Assembly: GCA_951406725.2 (NCBI GenBank)
Contig: OX597816.1
Coordinates: forward strand, 164,176,001-164,240,000
DNA: 64,000 nt
Direction of reading: 5' to 3'
DNA from: Octopus vulgaris
Lineage: Eukaryota
Below the pieces are notes generated by a model. The model was not told the DNA's origin and did no database searches. It saw nothing but the letters and a program-made list of their open reading frames with translations. Below, one piece after another: positions 13,096 to 25,537 of this stretch (positions are counted from its first letter, which is position 1; every line of letters begins with the position of its first letter). The position numbers and the translations under genes were made by a program.

Positions 13096-13275
13096 TATTA
13101 TTTTCAACATTTTGCCCTATCGTAGAGAATGACTTAATTGAGAATGACTTGAAGTTTATCTCAGCATTAGTAATTATATATGCACACCCATATATATATG
13201 AAAATGTGCATATATATATATATATATATACCAGACATTTAATAAAATGTATGTGTGACAATATGTATGTATATA

Positions 13276-13594
13276 GTGAAGGTGCATGGCTTAGTGGTTA
13301 GGGCATTTGGCTCATGATCGTATGGTCATGAGTTCAATTCCCAGTGACGCATTGTGTTCTTGAGCAAGACATTTTATATCATGTTGCTCCAGTCCACTCA
13401 GCTAGCAAAAGTGAGTAGTAACTGTATTTCAAAGGGCCTTGTCACACTCTGTGTCATACTGAATCTCCCTCAGAACTACATTAAGGGTACATGTGTCTGT
13501 GGAGTGCTCAGCCACTTGCATGCTAATTTCACAAGCAGGCTGTTCTGTTGATCGTATCAGCTGGGACCCTCATTGTCGTAACCGATGGAGTGCT
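13276..13594 (+). mobile_element. SINE family C, full length, heavily CpG-decayed
   Basis: A-box TGGCTTAGTGGTTAGG, B-box GAGTTCAATTCC, CORE-like TCTTGAGCAAGACA; homologous to copies at 1660, 25969 and 62020. Confidence 0.9.
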
Positions 13595-13634
13595 CCTTAA
13601 TGTCTATATATATATATATATATATATATTCATG

Positions 13635-13860
13635 AAATACAAAATGGGACAAGAATGCAAAATATGCAGACAATCTTTGCAATTTCGCCTGGTTATAACC
13701 AGCCGAAACTGCAAAGATAATCTGGAACTCAACTGAGGAAAGAAAGCTCCAAATGACCCATCCTTGTTTTCTTTGTATCATATATCTGGATGTTTTGTAG
13801 CCCCTTTTTTGTATCATCTAACTGTATAGATGCTTTGCGTTCTTGTCCCATTTTGTATTT
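13635..13860. mobile_element. Inverted (fold-back) short element in (TA)n, Penelope pLTR-like
   Basis: Outer IR AAATACAAAATGGGACAAGAATGCAAA / TTTGCGTTCTTGTCCCATTTTGTATTT. Inner hairpin 13673-13718 is centred on GGTTATAACC and followed by GCCGAAAC. Confidence 0.6.
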
Positions 13861-13904
13861 TATATATAAATATAGCGGTGTACGTACACTTTGGTCTTTT
13901 ATAT

Positions 13905-14207
<303 letters not shown>

Positions 14208-14467
14208 AAGAGAAACGGAGGAGGGAGGAGAGAGAGAAGGGTGGAGAGAGGGTGTGCTAGTAATTTCGTCTCCCAATAAAACTCGGTAAACATATACTAA
14301 TCTTGCTGTTAATTAACTGCAGGTATGCTGATGAGTTTTATTTATATTTAAGTGCTGCAGCATTGTTTCAAGTGTTGAGCATTGTTTTCGGCTAGCGGAG
14401 AACGGCAAAGCAGAAAGGTAACCATACTGAAAAGAGTGGCTGCCTTTGTGCATTTTTGTGTTGGCGT

Positions 14468-14498
<31 letters not shown>

Positions 14499-14629
14499 CG
14501 TGCGTGCGTGCGTGTCTGTGTGTCAGATTCTTCCGCAACATTGAAGCTTCAAAGAATTCGCAACGTTACAACTGTTTATGTGCAAAGATGCAAGAATCAT
14601 CATCACCATCATCAGCATCATCAACAACA

Positions 14630-14745
14630 GGTCGATAAATTCAGTTCTAGTTGTGTACTGGGGTCGATCTAATCGACTGTCCCCCCCCCCCCCACCCACC
14701 CATCTTCCCCAAAATTTCAGGCCTTCTGCCTAGAGTAGAAAAGAT
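14630..14745 (+). mobile_element. SINE family B, 3' part with B2 tail
   Basis: GGTCGATAAAT..TACTGGGGTCGATCTAATCGACTG..CCCAAAATTTCAGGCCTT..CCTAGAGTAGAAAAG. Confidence 0.75.
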
Positions 14746-14985
14746 TCTTTATACTAGCACGGATTGGACAGTTTGACAAGAGCTGGCAAGCCGGCTCCAT
14801 TGCCTGTTCTGGCATGGTTTCTACAGCTCGATGCCCTTCCTAATGCCAACCACTTTACAGAGTGTACTGGGTGCTTTTTACATAGCACCTGTACCACTGC
14901 CTTTTATGTAGCACCATCAGAACTTTTTGTATGGCACCATCACCAGTACTTTCTGTATATTATATGTATATATATATTATATATG

Positions 14986-15021
<36 letters not shown>

Positions 15022-15022
15022 A

Positions 15023-15808
15023 AGCACCCACTACACTCTCAGAGTGGTTGGCATTAGGAAGGGCATCCAGCCATAGAAACACTGCCAGATTTGACTGGGC
15101 CTGATGAAGCCTTCTGGCTTCACAGACCCCAGTAGAACCGTCCAACCCATGCTAGCATGGAAAACGGACGCTAAACGATGATGATGATGATGATGAGACC
15201 TTTGGAAATATGCTGTGCTTGAGAAGACATGGCAAGACAAGTGAGACCATAACCTCATGGCCCATGCCCCATGCCAGTGGTGTAGCCAGCCTACCTATGT
15301 GTACCTTACCTTCATTGGACACTAAACTCTGCTTGTGAAGACCTGTTAAGGCAAGTGAAATTGAGATCAAATTCCATGATAGCACCGCATGACTGGCATC
15401 TGTGCTACTGGAGTGCTAAGAGCACCATCTGAGCATGATCATTGCCAGAGCAGCTGACAGGCTCCCGTGCCAGTGGCACGTAAAAAGCACCATTCAAGCA
15501 TGATCGTTACCAGCATTGCTTTACTGGCAAACAAGATTCTAGCAAGGTCATTGCCAGTGCCACTGTGCAGGTGGCACGTAAAAAACACCATTTGAGCATG
15601 GCCATTGCCAGTACTGCCTGACTGGTCCTCGTGCTAGTGGCACGTAAAAGCACCCATTACACTCTCGGAGTTGTTTGTGTTAGGAAGGGCATCCAGCTGT
15701 AGAAACTCTGCCAGATCAGATTGGAGCTTGGTACAGCCATCTGGCTCACCAGTCGTCAATCAAACTGTCCAACCCATGCTAGCAAGGAAATCAGACGTTA
15801 AACGATGA
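15023..15808 (+). mobile_element. Two head-to-tail copies of repeat family D (SINE/RTE-tail-like, ending in (GAT)n); the second has internal GTGGCACGTAAAA subrepeats
   Basis: TTAGGAAGGGCATCCAGC..TAGAAAC..CCAACCCATGCTAGCA(T/A)GGAAA..GACG(C/T)TAAACGATGAT near 15055-15195 and 15680-15808. Further copies at 9435-9525(-), 14758-14900(-) and 18313-18660(-). Confidence 0.8.
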
Positions 15809-15889
15809 TAATTATACACGTATATATATGTATATACATGTGTGTATATATATATATATATGTATATATACAGAGAGAGAGAGAGAGGG

Positions 15890-15941
<52 letters not shown>

Positions 15942-16103
15942 ATATATATATACATGTATATATATATATACATGTATATATATATACATGTATATATATA
16001 TACATTATATATATATATATATATATATATACATACATATATATATATATTTATATATATGCATATTCATACATGTACATGTGAATACAACATATTCAGA
16101 AGC

Positions 16104-16149
<46 letters not shown>

Positions 16150-16765
16150 GTGTGAGTGTGTGCGTGTGTAACTCTGAACAACCAATTGCTTATCAATAGC
16201 CAATCAGCAGAATTACACATTAATTATCATGTATTCAAACATTTTTCTACTTTTTTTATACATTTTTGTTTTTCTTTCTTTCTTTCTCCTTCCTTTTCTC
16301 CTTTCTTTCTGTCTTTCTTCATTTTTGTTTCTTTATGTATATATATTTATATTTTTTTTATCTTTCTCTATTTATTCTTTGATTTTGCTTATTTGTTATT
16401 TGTGTCAATGTTTATTTATTTATTTATTTATTTATCTATTTGTAGCAGTTTTTCTTTTTTATTATTTATTTTCATAGTTTATCTTTATTTATTTTATTTT
16501 GTTTTTATTTTTTATTTTTTCGCTCTTGTTACTATTGCTGATGTTGTTGTTGTTGATGTTGATGTTAGTGACGGAGGTTGTGGTGGTTGCGGAGATGGGA
16601 GTGGAAGAGGAGGAGGATGTTCCCGTCTTTGTCTGATTCCTTTGCGGAATATTTATTGATCCATCCAGACTTTCTTCTGCTTTTCTAAACGGAGTGATAA
16701 GTGGAAAACATCTGGATGATGATGATGATGATGATGATGCTGTTGCTGATGATGATAAAGATAAC

Positions 16766-16809
<44 letters not shown>

Positions 16810-16838
16810 TAATATCAATAATAATGCTGTAGCTTGTA

Positions 16839-16890
<52 letters not shown>

Positions 16891-16937
16891 GTAATAATAA
16901 TAGCAAATGTAGTGACAACAACAATAATGATGATAAG

Positions 16938-16993
<56 letters not shown>

Positions 16994-16995
<2 letters not shown>

Positions 16996-17549
16996 GCCCT
17001 GATGCAGTACCAGGCAGTGGCTCTCATGGCTTTTGATCTTAACTGATTGGAAGTGTTATCATGTACATTGTTTTGTCTTGGTATAAAAGATGGGCTACAG
17101 CAAATATTCTGCTCAATACCACAGATTTGCTTGTCAGTTGTTTGACCTTAACCAGTTGAGCATGTCCCTTAGTGGCTGACGATATGTGCATCTCTGATCA
17201 CGAGCAGAAGTAGTGGGGGAGCATCATAGCCATGTGTTGAGAGGGATTCTTTGGGGTTTGAATAGTTCACCTCTGGAAACATGGGTGGTTCTTTCAACAT
17301 CCTTAAACAACCCTTATTCAGGGACCGTTTAAGCGGGATGGGCTACTCAACCTGAAGAAAATTCTAACTGGGCCCCACCTGCAAGGTCATGTGCTGTTTA
17401 TCTTGATATGAGATCACCATGTCGCACACATATGGTTGTGATGCATGTGCCTGGTGTACCTTTATCAGACGGGTTGTCATGATGGGTATATTGGGCTTCA
17501 TATATTTTACCCCAGTGTCACTTTGATGGCATGAACTGCTCTCTCACTC
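16994..17549. mobile_element. 556-bp non-coding element inserted in a (TAA)n tract
   Basis: Complex sequence sharply bounded by pure (TAA)n on both sides; no internal ORF of 60 aa or more. Confidence 0.6.
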
Positions 17550-17580
17550 AATAATAATAATAATGATAATCATCATCATC

Positions 17581-17618
<38 letters not shown>

Positions 17619-17695
17619 TGATGATAATGATAATAATAGTTATAATAATAATAATAATAATGATAATAATGATAATAATAATAATAATAATAATG

Positions 17696-17747
<52 letters not shown>

Positions 17748-18312
17748 TAATAATAATATCAATAATAATGCTGTAGATTGTAAATGACTGCCCAGACATT
17801 GTATAAGCTACGTTTTTTGATTACACAAAAGTAATAAGGTGAAGACGTAATAGGAAAGATGAGGAGACACACACACACAAATACATAAGCACGCATATTT
17901 GGCACTCTGTCGGTTATATACGACAAGGTTTCCAGTTGATTCGATCACCGGAACAGCCTAATCGTGAAATTAGTGTGCCAGTTGCTGAGCGTATTGCTTT
18001 GAGTTCATCTTGTAGCCTTGAGATCTAAATGATGGGACTGTTTGTTTAAAGAATGGCATTGTAGGGGAAGTGTGAGAGGCCAGATCTGGCCAAATTGAAT
18101 GCAAAATGGGCCAAATAGTTGGTTTAAATCAGGGGTCACCAAGGGGTCGGTGAGCAATTACATGGGGTCAATGATAGCCATGGGGGTCGGTGTGCAAGAG
18201 ACCAGCTCACCCAAATGAACTGTTAGAAATACTTAGTCAACACCATGAAATGTGGGTGGACACGATAAATTTTCACTGCAGCAAGAAGTCTGCTGTTGCT
18301 AATGTTCGAGTT

Positions 18313-18660
18313 ATCATCATCATCATCATCATTGTTTAACGTCCGCTTTCCATGCTAGCATGGGTTGGCTGATTTGACTGAGGACTGGCAAACCAAATGG
18401 CTGCACCAGGCTCCAATCTTAATCTGGCAGAGTTTCTACAGCTGGATGCCCTTCCTAACGCCAACCACTCCGAGAGTGTAGTGGGTGCTTTTACGTGCCA
18501 CCGGCATGAAGGCCCGTCAGGCGGTACTGGCAACGGCCATGCTCAAATGGTGTTTTTTACATGCCACCTGCACAGGAACCAGTCCAGCGGCACTGGTAAC
18601 AACCTCGCTCGAATGTTTTATCCTGTGCCACCTGCATTTGTATGTGCCACCAGCATGGAA
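18313..18660 (-). mobile_element. Repeat family D copy
   Basis: (CAT)n..TTTAACGTCCGCTTTCCATGCTAGCATGGGTTGG..GGATGCCCTTCCTAACGCCAACC is the reverse complement of the 15.5-15.8 kb copy. Confidence 0.85.
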
Positions 18661-18685
18661 GCAAGTCAGCTGCTCTCTCTCTCTC

Positions 18686-19097
18686 TCTTTTACTCTTTTC
18701 CTTATTTCAGTCAGTTGACTGTGGCCATGCTGGAGCACCGCCTTTAGTCGAGCAACTCGACCCCAGGACTTATTCTTTGTAAGCCCAGTACTTATCGGTC
18801 TCTTTTGCCGGACCGTTAAGTGACGGGGACGTAAACACACCAGCATCGGTTGTCAAGCAATGCTAGGGGGAGAAACACAGACACACAGACACACAAACAT
18901 ACACGCACACATATATATATATATACATATACACGACGGGCTTCTTTTCAGTTTCCGTCTACCAAATCCACTCACAAGGCTTTGGTCGGCCCGAGGCTAT
19001 AGTAAAAGACACTTGCTGAAGGTGCCACGCAGTGGGACTGAACCCTGAACCATGTGGTTGGTAAGCAAGCTACTTACCACACAGCCACTCCTGCGCC
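18686..19097 (-). mobile_element. SINE family A, full length
   Basis: Matches 7511-7914. Confidence 0.92.
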
Positions 19098-19163
19098 TAT
19101 CCTGCTCTGGCAACGATTGAGAGGTGTACCTGAGGAGATGCACACTGACAAGTGTTTGCTTAT

Positions 19164-19268
19164 AGAAATTGCCTGAACCTCAAGGAACGAGGTGATTTGA
19201 GACTGAGACTGACCAACATTCAGCCTGATATCAATGCCTTGATTCAGGATGTTCATCCCTCACATTGA
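19164..19268 (+). pseudogene. C-terminal remnant of a hAT (Buster/Charlie-type) transposase
   Basis: Translates RNCLNLKERGDLRLRLTNIQPDINALIQDVHPSH*, matching the RNRL..RGDLRL.LT...P.I..L...HPSH* end typical of these transposases. Confidence 0.75.
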
Positions 19269-19350
19269 TGTTGTCAATCTCAATAAAAGGTAGTAGTAGT
19301 AGTACTAGTAGTGATGGTGGTGGTTGTGGTAATAAAAATAATAATAATAA

Positions 19351-19583
19351 AGGCGGCAAGCTGGCAGAAACGTTAGCACGCCGGGTGAAATGCATTGCGG
19401 TATTTCGTCTGCCGTTACGTTGTGAGTTCAAATTCCGCCGAGGTCGACTTTGCCTTTCATCCTTCCGGGGTCGATAAATTAAGTACCAGTTACGCACTGG
19501 GGTCGATGTAATCGACTTAATACCTATATCTGTCCTTGTTTGTCCCCTCTATGTTTAGCCCCTTGTGGGTAATAAAGAAATAG
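19351..19583 (+). mobile_element. SINE family B (B1 tail), full length, with about 15-bp TSD
   Basis: GGCGGCAAGCTGGCAGAAACGTTAG...GAGTTCAAATTCC...AATAAAGAAATAG. TSD GTGGTAATAA(A/T)AATA at 19326-19340 and 19584-19598. Confidence 0.9.
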
Positions 19584-19854
19584 GTGGTAATAATAATAGT
19601 AGTGGGGGTGGTGATGGTTGTGGTAGTGGTTGTGGTAGTAGTAGTAGTAGATTCAGGGAGTGTTGGTTACCCATCTTTTTTTTCCCCAAAAAAGTCAAAA
19701 TTTATTATCACTGTCCATGCAACAAAGGGCCACCACCACCTGTACCAAGAGAGAACTCAGTTCACTCAGCACCACAAACACCAAGGGGGGGTGAGAGAGG
19801 TAGAGAGAGGGAGGGGTGGCCCACTGGCTGGGCTGTTCCTTTGAAAGTACATCA

Positions 19855-19889
<35 letters not shown>

Positions 19890-20279
19890 ATACTACTACT
19901 ACTATCGCCACCACTACCACTGCTGCTATTACTACCACTATGACTAATGACGATGATAAAGATAACTTGTGATGACAGCAACGATAACAACAACAACAAC
20001 GACGACCGTGGTTGCGGCGGCGGCGGCGGTGTGAGGTAGAGAGAGAAAGAGAAAGAGGGGGAGGGAGGGGGAGGGGTAAGGTGAGGGGCAATAACAAATG
20101 AAAAAAATATATAATTAGAAAAATATAAGAAGTAAAATAATAATAAATAATAGAATAAAAATAATTGTAAAAATTCTGATAATGAAACGAAAAACCAAAG
20201 AATGAATATAAAGGGGGAAAAAATGAAAAAAAGATAAAAAAACTGGAAACTATTAAGGGGAAGAGAAGGAGAAAGTGGA

Positions 20280-20302
20280 AACATTATGGTTAGAAGGAGG
20301 AT

Positions 20303-20334
<32 letters not shown>

Positions 20335-20552
20335 CTAGATGGAAAGAGAGAAGTTGAGGAGAATGAGAGAGACAGACTTGATAGATTAGACAGAGGCAGA
20401 AAGAAAGATAGATGGATAGACGGATGGATAGGTAGATGGGACAGATGGATAAATATATGGATGGATAGATGGATGGATAGATAGATTGATAGATAGAGAG
20501 AGAGAGACAGACAGAGAAATAGATAGACAGAGATAGATAAATAGACAGACAG

Positions 20553-20621
<69 letters not shown>

Positions 20622-20640
20622 AGAGAGAGAGACAGACAGA

Positions 20641-20695
<55 letters not shown>

Positions 20696-20756
20696 TAGAG
20701 ACAAGGAGAGAGATAGACAGACAGATGAATAGATAGATGGAGAGAGAGACAGACAG

Positions 20757-20804
<48 letters not shown>

Positions 20805-20955
20805 AGAGATAGACAAATAAAGAGAGAGAGAATAAGTGATAGACACCGAGCGGATGGATTGGAAAAGTGGATGGATATTTAGAAAGGCAAACAAACAAAC
20901 AAACAGATAAACAGATAGTTAAATAAGTGATATATATATATAGAGAGAGAAATAC

Positions 20956-21016
<61 letters not shown>

Positions 21017-21582
21017 GAGAGTGAGAGAGAGAGAGAGAGAGACGGAAATGGAGAGCAAGGAGAAGGAGAGAGGGAGAGTTCAAAATACTGACAGATGTTG
21101 CAGACAAAACTGTTCTTTCCTCTTTTCCAAAAAACCAGGAATATTACAATGATGAATTGCATTCTCTGGCTCCCACCCCTACTCCTATTCTCTCTCCCTC
21201 TTCATTCTCTGTCGTCTTTGACGTTTCCGCTAGTTTTTCTTTTTCTTTTTTTTTATTATTATCACTTCACTTCCGGTTTCGTTGTTCCTGTACGTTTTCC
21301 TTCATTTTTTTTCTTCTTCTCCTTCTTTGTTTTACCTAAAAGGAAAAAAAAAAAAAGGGGGATCTTCATTTCATTTTCTTTTTATTTTGTGGCTTTTGTT
21401 TCTGATCCTTCAAAATAACCCCCTTCTTTTTTGCCTTCTTTCTCTTGCATTAATTTCCCCTTTTCTCTCTGCGTGTAAGATATACATACAATAAGCACAC
21501 ACACAAATACATACACACATATATACATACATCCATATATATATACACACATATATATGCATACACACGCATATATATATAT

Positions 21583-21619
<37 letters not shown>

Positions 21620-21755
21620 CATATATATACATATATATACATATATACATATATATATATACATATATATATATACATATATATATACATATATATACAT
21701 ATATATAAATATATTTATACATACATATATATATAATATATATACATATATATAA

Positions 21756-21786
<31 letters not shown>

Positions 21787-22060
21787 CATATATATAAATA
21801 TATATATACATACATATATATACATATATATATATATACATAAATATATATATACATACATATATATATATATATATATAATATATATACATATATATAG
21901 ATAGATACATATATATATACATATATATATACATATATATATACATATATATATATACATATATATACATATACATATATATATATATATATGCATAGAC
22001 ACACATACATACATGCATTCTCTCTCTCTCTCTGTATATCTCTATATATGTACACGCACA
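20280..22060. repeat. Compound microsatellite field: (GA)n, (GATA)n, (TA)n, (TACA/TATA)n
   Basis: Directly visible; source of the 200-300 aa artefactual ORFs. Confidence 0.9.
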
Positions 22061-22307
22061 CGCGCGTGCGCGCATATCTAGATACCAGCTCCCTCTGTCC
22101 CGTCATTTCTGTATCTTGTCTCACTTTCACCGGCTTCGTATGATATCTGTTTATTTATTTATTGAATCCTTTATTTATTTATTTATCACCATCATCGTTT
22201 GTTATAAACTTTTGTCTCTTAAAAATCCTGTAAAAAATGAGGTAAAAAAAAAAACGTCTTCCTGTCTGAATTCATAAAACTTATATGTACGCGTGCGCGA
22301 GAGAGTG

Positions 22308-22350
<43 letters not shown>

Positions 22351-22427
22351 ATTCGTATATACACGCACATACGTACAAATTCACATTGTCACACGCATAT
22401 GTATGAATATACGTACATACAGAAACA

Positions 22428-22493
<66 letters not shown>

Positions 22494-22540
22494 CAGGGTG
22501 AATACTTGATAACTGTAAGCACCTGTATACGCCAGCTAGC

Positions 22541-22619
<79 letters not shown>

Positions 22620-22725
22620 GAGGGAGAGATCGATTGATAGATTTTTGTGTGTGATTGCGCATGCGCAGAAGTAAGATAATGTATTAAGCGCCCACATACA
22701 AATATATAATTTCTATGTATGTATG

Positions 22726-22900
22726 TGTAGGCGCATGGCTTACTGGTTAGGGTGATGCACTCACGATTGCGAAATCGTGGGTTCGATTCCCAGACCGGGC
22801 GCCGCGCTGTTTCCTTGAGCAAAGCACTTCATTTCACGTTGCTCTGCGATCATTTCGTCATTTGACAGGTGGCACACGGTGCACCTGTACAGGTAGTGTC
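22726..22900 (+). mobile_element. SINE family C-related copy (tRNA-like head)
   Basis: TGGCTTACTGGTTAGG A-box, GGTTCGATTCCC B-box, TTCCTTGAGCAAAGCACTTCATTTCACGTTGCTC. Confidence 0.75.
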
Positions 22901-23046
22901 AATTTGTAAGTGTCAACAGTCGTCGTATATGTCACGTGGAGAAGTGGTCATGGGAGTGGTAGTGGAAGGAATGGCAGTGAATGTGGAGGTGGTGGTGGTG
23001 GTTGATGATGAGATGAAGGAGGAGGAAGTTTTATTCTATATATATA

Positions 23047-23247
23047 TAGGGAGAGTTCACGAAAAAAAATAATAAAACAACAAAAGACGAAGACAGGTGG
23101 TGTAGCAAACAAGCAGATGTACTAGTATAATGCTCAGGAATTGAAAAAGTCCTTTACATTTCGAGCCTACGCTCTTCCACAGAAAGGAACACAGAAAGAA
23201 ACAAGGAGAAAAAAATAATGTATGTAGTGGCTTCCGATCTATCATGG

Positions 23248-23250
<3 letters not shown>
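23047..23250 (-). mobile_element. Short (TA)n-flanked element with minimal hammerhead-like motif (family H1)
   Basis: Minus strand CCTTT-CTGTGGA-A-GAGC GTAG GCTC-GAA-ATGT-A-AAGG at 23151-23187; homologous to the 29.8, 37.8 and 50.5 kb copies. Confidence 0.7.
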
Positions 23251-23302
<52 letters not shown>

Positions 23303-23664
23303 GCTTTTGCTTCTCATCCTTTTCCTTGCTCTCTAATTAATGTCTTGTTCGTCCTTGGTTCTGAAAAATCGTCGCATATAAGGGATTGGGCCGAAAATAG
23401 AGCGTCCATTGCGATATGAAATGCTATGCAACATAGACAAACACAACCACACAGACATACGCAGACACTTGTGTTGTGGAAGAACGAAGACAGTACCAAG
23501 ACAACAATAATTCTTTTGTCTTGTTGAGGACATGACATACTCTCTAGTGCTGGTGCCATGAATAAAAAGCAGTCGATACAGTGTGTAACGTTGGTGTTGG
23601 GAAGGATACCCAGGAGAAAATGGGTAGATTGAATGCCAGAGAATTGAGGACGATTTCTGTAATT

Positions 23665-24530
23665 GAGGCCACAGGTTGTGTGTGAGCTCCGCGACAAGTC
23701 CAACCCAGCCCAGCTCAGCTCAGACCAGCCTAGCATAGCTCAGCCCAGCCTAGCATAGCTCAGCCCAGCCTAGCATAGCTCAGCTCAGCCTAGCATAGCT
23801 CAGTCCAGCCTAGCATAGCTCAGCCCAGCCTAGCATAGCTCAGCCCAGTCTAGCATAGCTCAGCTCAGCCTAGCATAGCTCAGCCCAGCATAGCATAGCT
23901 CTGCCCAGCCTAGCATAGCTCAGCCCAGCCTAGCATAGCTCAGCTCAGCCTAGCATAGCCCAGCCTAGCATAGCTCAGCCCAGCCTAGCATTGCTCAGCC
24001 CAGCCTAGCATAGCTCAGCCCAGCCTAGCATAGCTCAGCCCAGCCTAGCATAGCTCAACCCAGCTTAGCATAGCTCAGCCCAGCCTAGCATAGCTCAGCC
24101 CAGCCTAGCATAGCTCAACCCAGCCTAGCATAGCTCAGCCCAGCCTAGCATAGCTCAGCTCAGCCTAGCATAGCTCAGCCCAGCCTAGCATAGCTCAGCC
24201 CAGCCTAGCATAGCTCAGCCCCGCCTAGCATAGCTCAGCTCAACCTAGCATAGCTCAGCCCAGCTCAGATCAGACCAGCCCAGCAGAACTTCTGCTTTTG
24301 GTATTCCGCAATCACATCGTTTACTTCACTCCATTCTCAAATTAAATTGTTTTAGATTTGTTCCCGCAATGATATTCCTAGCATGAATTTTGCCACTGCC
24401 CTTTGCGTTGTAACCAGTCGCTGTTCCTTCTTCCTCGTAGTCGCCCACATCTCAGTTGCGTATAAAAGTGCCAGTAGGGTGGTGCTATTGAACAGGTGGG
24501 CACTTCGGGTGTTTGTGCTTTGAGCACGTC
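23665..24530 (-). mobile_element. Decayed RTE-clade LINE ORF fragment, split by a minisatellite
   Basis: Minus strand AHLFNSTTLLALLYATEMWATTRKKEQRLVTTQRAVAKFMLGISLREQI*..VNDVIAEYQKQKFCWAG, resuming beyond the array as WVGLVAELTHNLW (RTE motif WAGHVAR..DNRW). Confidence 0.85.
23701..24284. repeat. Minisatellite, 20-bp unit CAGCCCAGCCTAGCATAGCT (about 27 units; higher-order repeat of YAGCN pentamers)
   Basis: Directly visible; one 15-bp unit near 23960; degenerate pentamers at both ends. Confidence 0.97.
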
Positions 24531-24886
24531 TTTTATCGGAGCAATTGCCTTCCACTGGGATCTTACTTTGCATGAGATTTCCTTTAAATTATTTCTTTAA
24601 AAAGAAATTCCTGATCAATATTTAAACCCAAGACATGTGGTGTGTTGTGTTCTTGAGCAAAATACTTGATCTCACGTTGCTCTGCGTTCAGTTCGATATC
24701 TGAGTTTTGATACAACGCACACCTGTACAGGTAACGTTGATTTAATGGAGGGCTTGAGTTCAAGAATAACGCTAACATTTGATCACTGGAAACAAATCAT
24801 TTGTGTGCAGGTTGTTCAACAAGAAATTGCGGAATCGCCTTTTTGGGACTGTAAAAAAGAAAGAAAGAAAAGAAAACAATAAAATA

Positions 24887-25246
24887 AACAAGGGCACTCA
24901 GAGAGGGCAAACCTCCGTCAAGGCAACACGAACGTCCTCTCAACGATTGGACAGAGATGAGTTTTAAAATGAGAATATCTGAAATAAACTCGACTGCTCT
25001 CACAAACGAGAATACTAAAAATGTACCCGACCGCTCTCAAAAATTAAGTAAAACGAAACAGGAAAAATAATCCAGAAACCTTGCCTGGAACCAGATCGAT
25101 CCCAAAATCTAATCAGTTAGTGCCAGTCACGAGGCCAAACATCCCTGAAAGTTTTATCCGAATCCATTCAACGGTTCTTGAGATATTTTGTCAACGGACA
25201 AACAAACAAACAAAGATGACTGAAAACAATACCTCCGCCTTCGCTA
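24887..25246 (+). mobile_element. Non-autonomous Helitron/Helentron-associated (HINE/DINE-like) element, 3' hairpin truncated
   Basis: 5' AACAAGGGCACTCAGAGAGGGCAAACCTCCGTCAAGGC, internal CAAAATCTAATCAG, (CAAA)n near the 3' end, then AATACCTCCGCCTTCGCTA. Architecture recognised from memory. Confidence 0.5.
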
Positions 25247-25499
25247 GAAACAAAATGGGTATCCCAATTAATAAATTCATTATCTTCTGCTACGTATTAT
25301 TGTTAAGTGGATGCCGAATGCTTAATGCTAAATAGGGAAAGCGGTATTTACATGTGCCAACTCCAATGATACAAAAATCTTTTATTTCAAAAGTTGTTTA
25401 CGAGCGACAAAAAACTGTTTTGGTATGAGACAAAGAAATTAAAACCAAAATAGGAATAATAATTTCAGAAATTTGTAAAGAAACAGGATGAATAATTTT

Positions 25500-25537
<38 letters not shown>

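Larger units (their letters stand above)
18130..19290 (+). mobile_element. hAT (Buster/Charlie-like) DNA transposon remnant interrupted by SINE D and SINE A
   Basis: Left end CAGGGGTCACCAA with GGGGTC subterminal repeats, preceded by the nnnTAnnn-type 8-mer GTTTAAAT. Transposase C-terminus at 19164-19268. Right TIR not found. Confidence 0.55.

Noticed and set aside
14300-14430. Donor-like CAG|GTATG and AAG|GTAAC sites suggesting micro-exons
   Set aside because: No convincing acceptor or reading frame; such motifs are frequent by chance.
15100-15125. CTGATGA followed by an AGCC/GGCT hairpin as a hammerhead
   Set aside because: No GAAA after the stem and no stems I or III; it lies inside repeat family D.
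23701-24284. Regular 20-bp array as a CRISPR array
   Set aside because: The units are contiguous with no unique spacers, there are no cas genes, and the context is eukaryotic.
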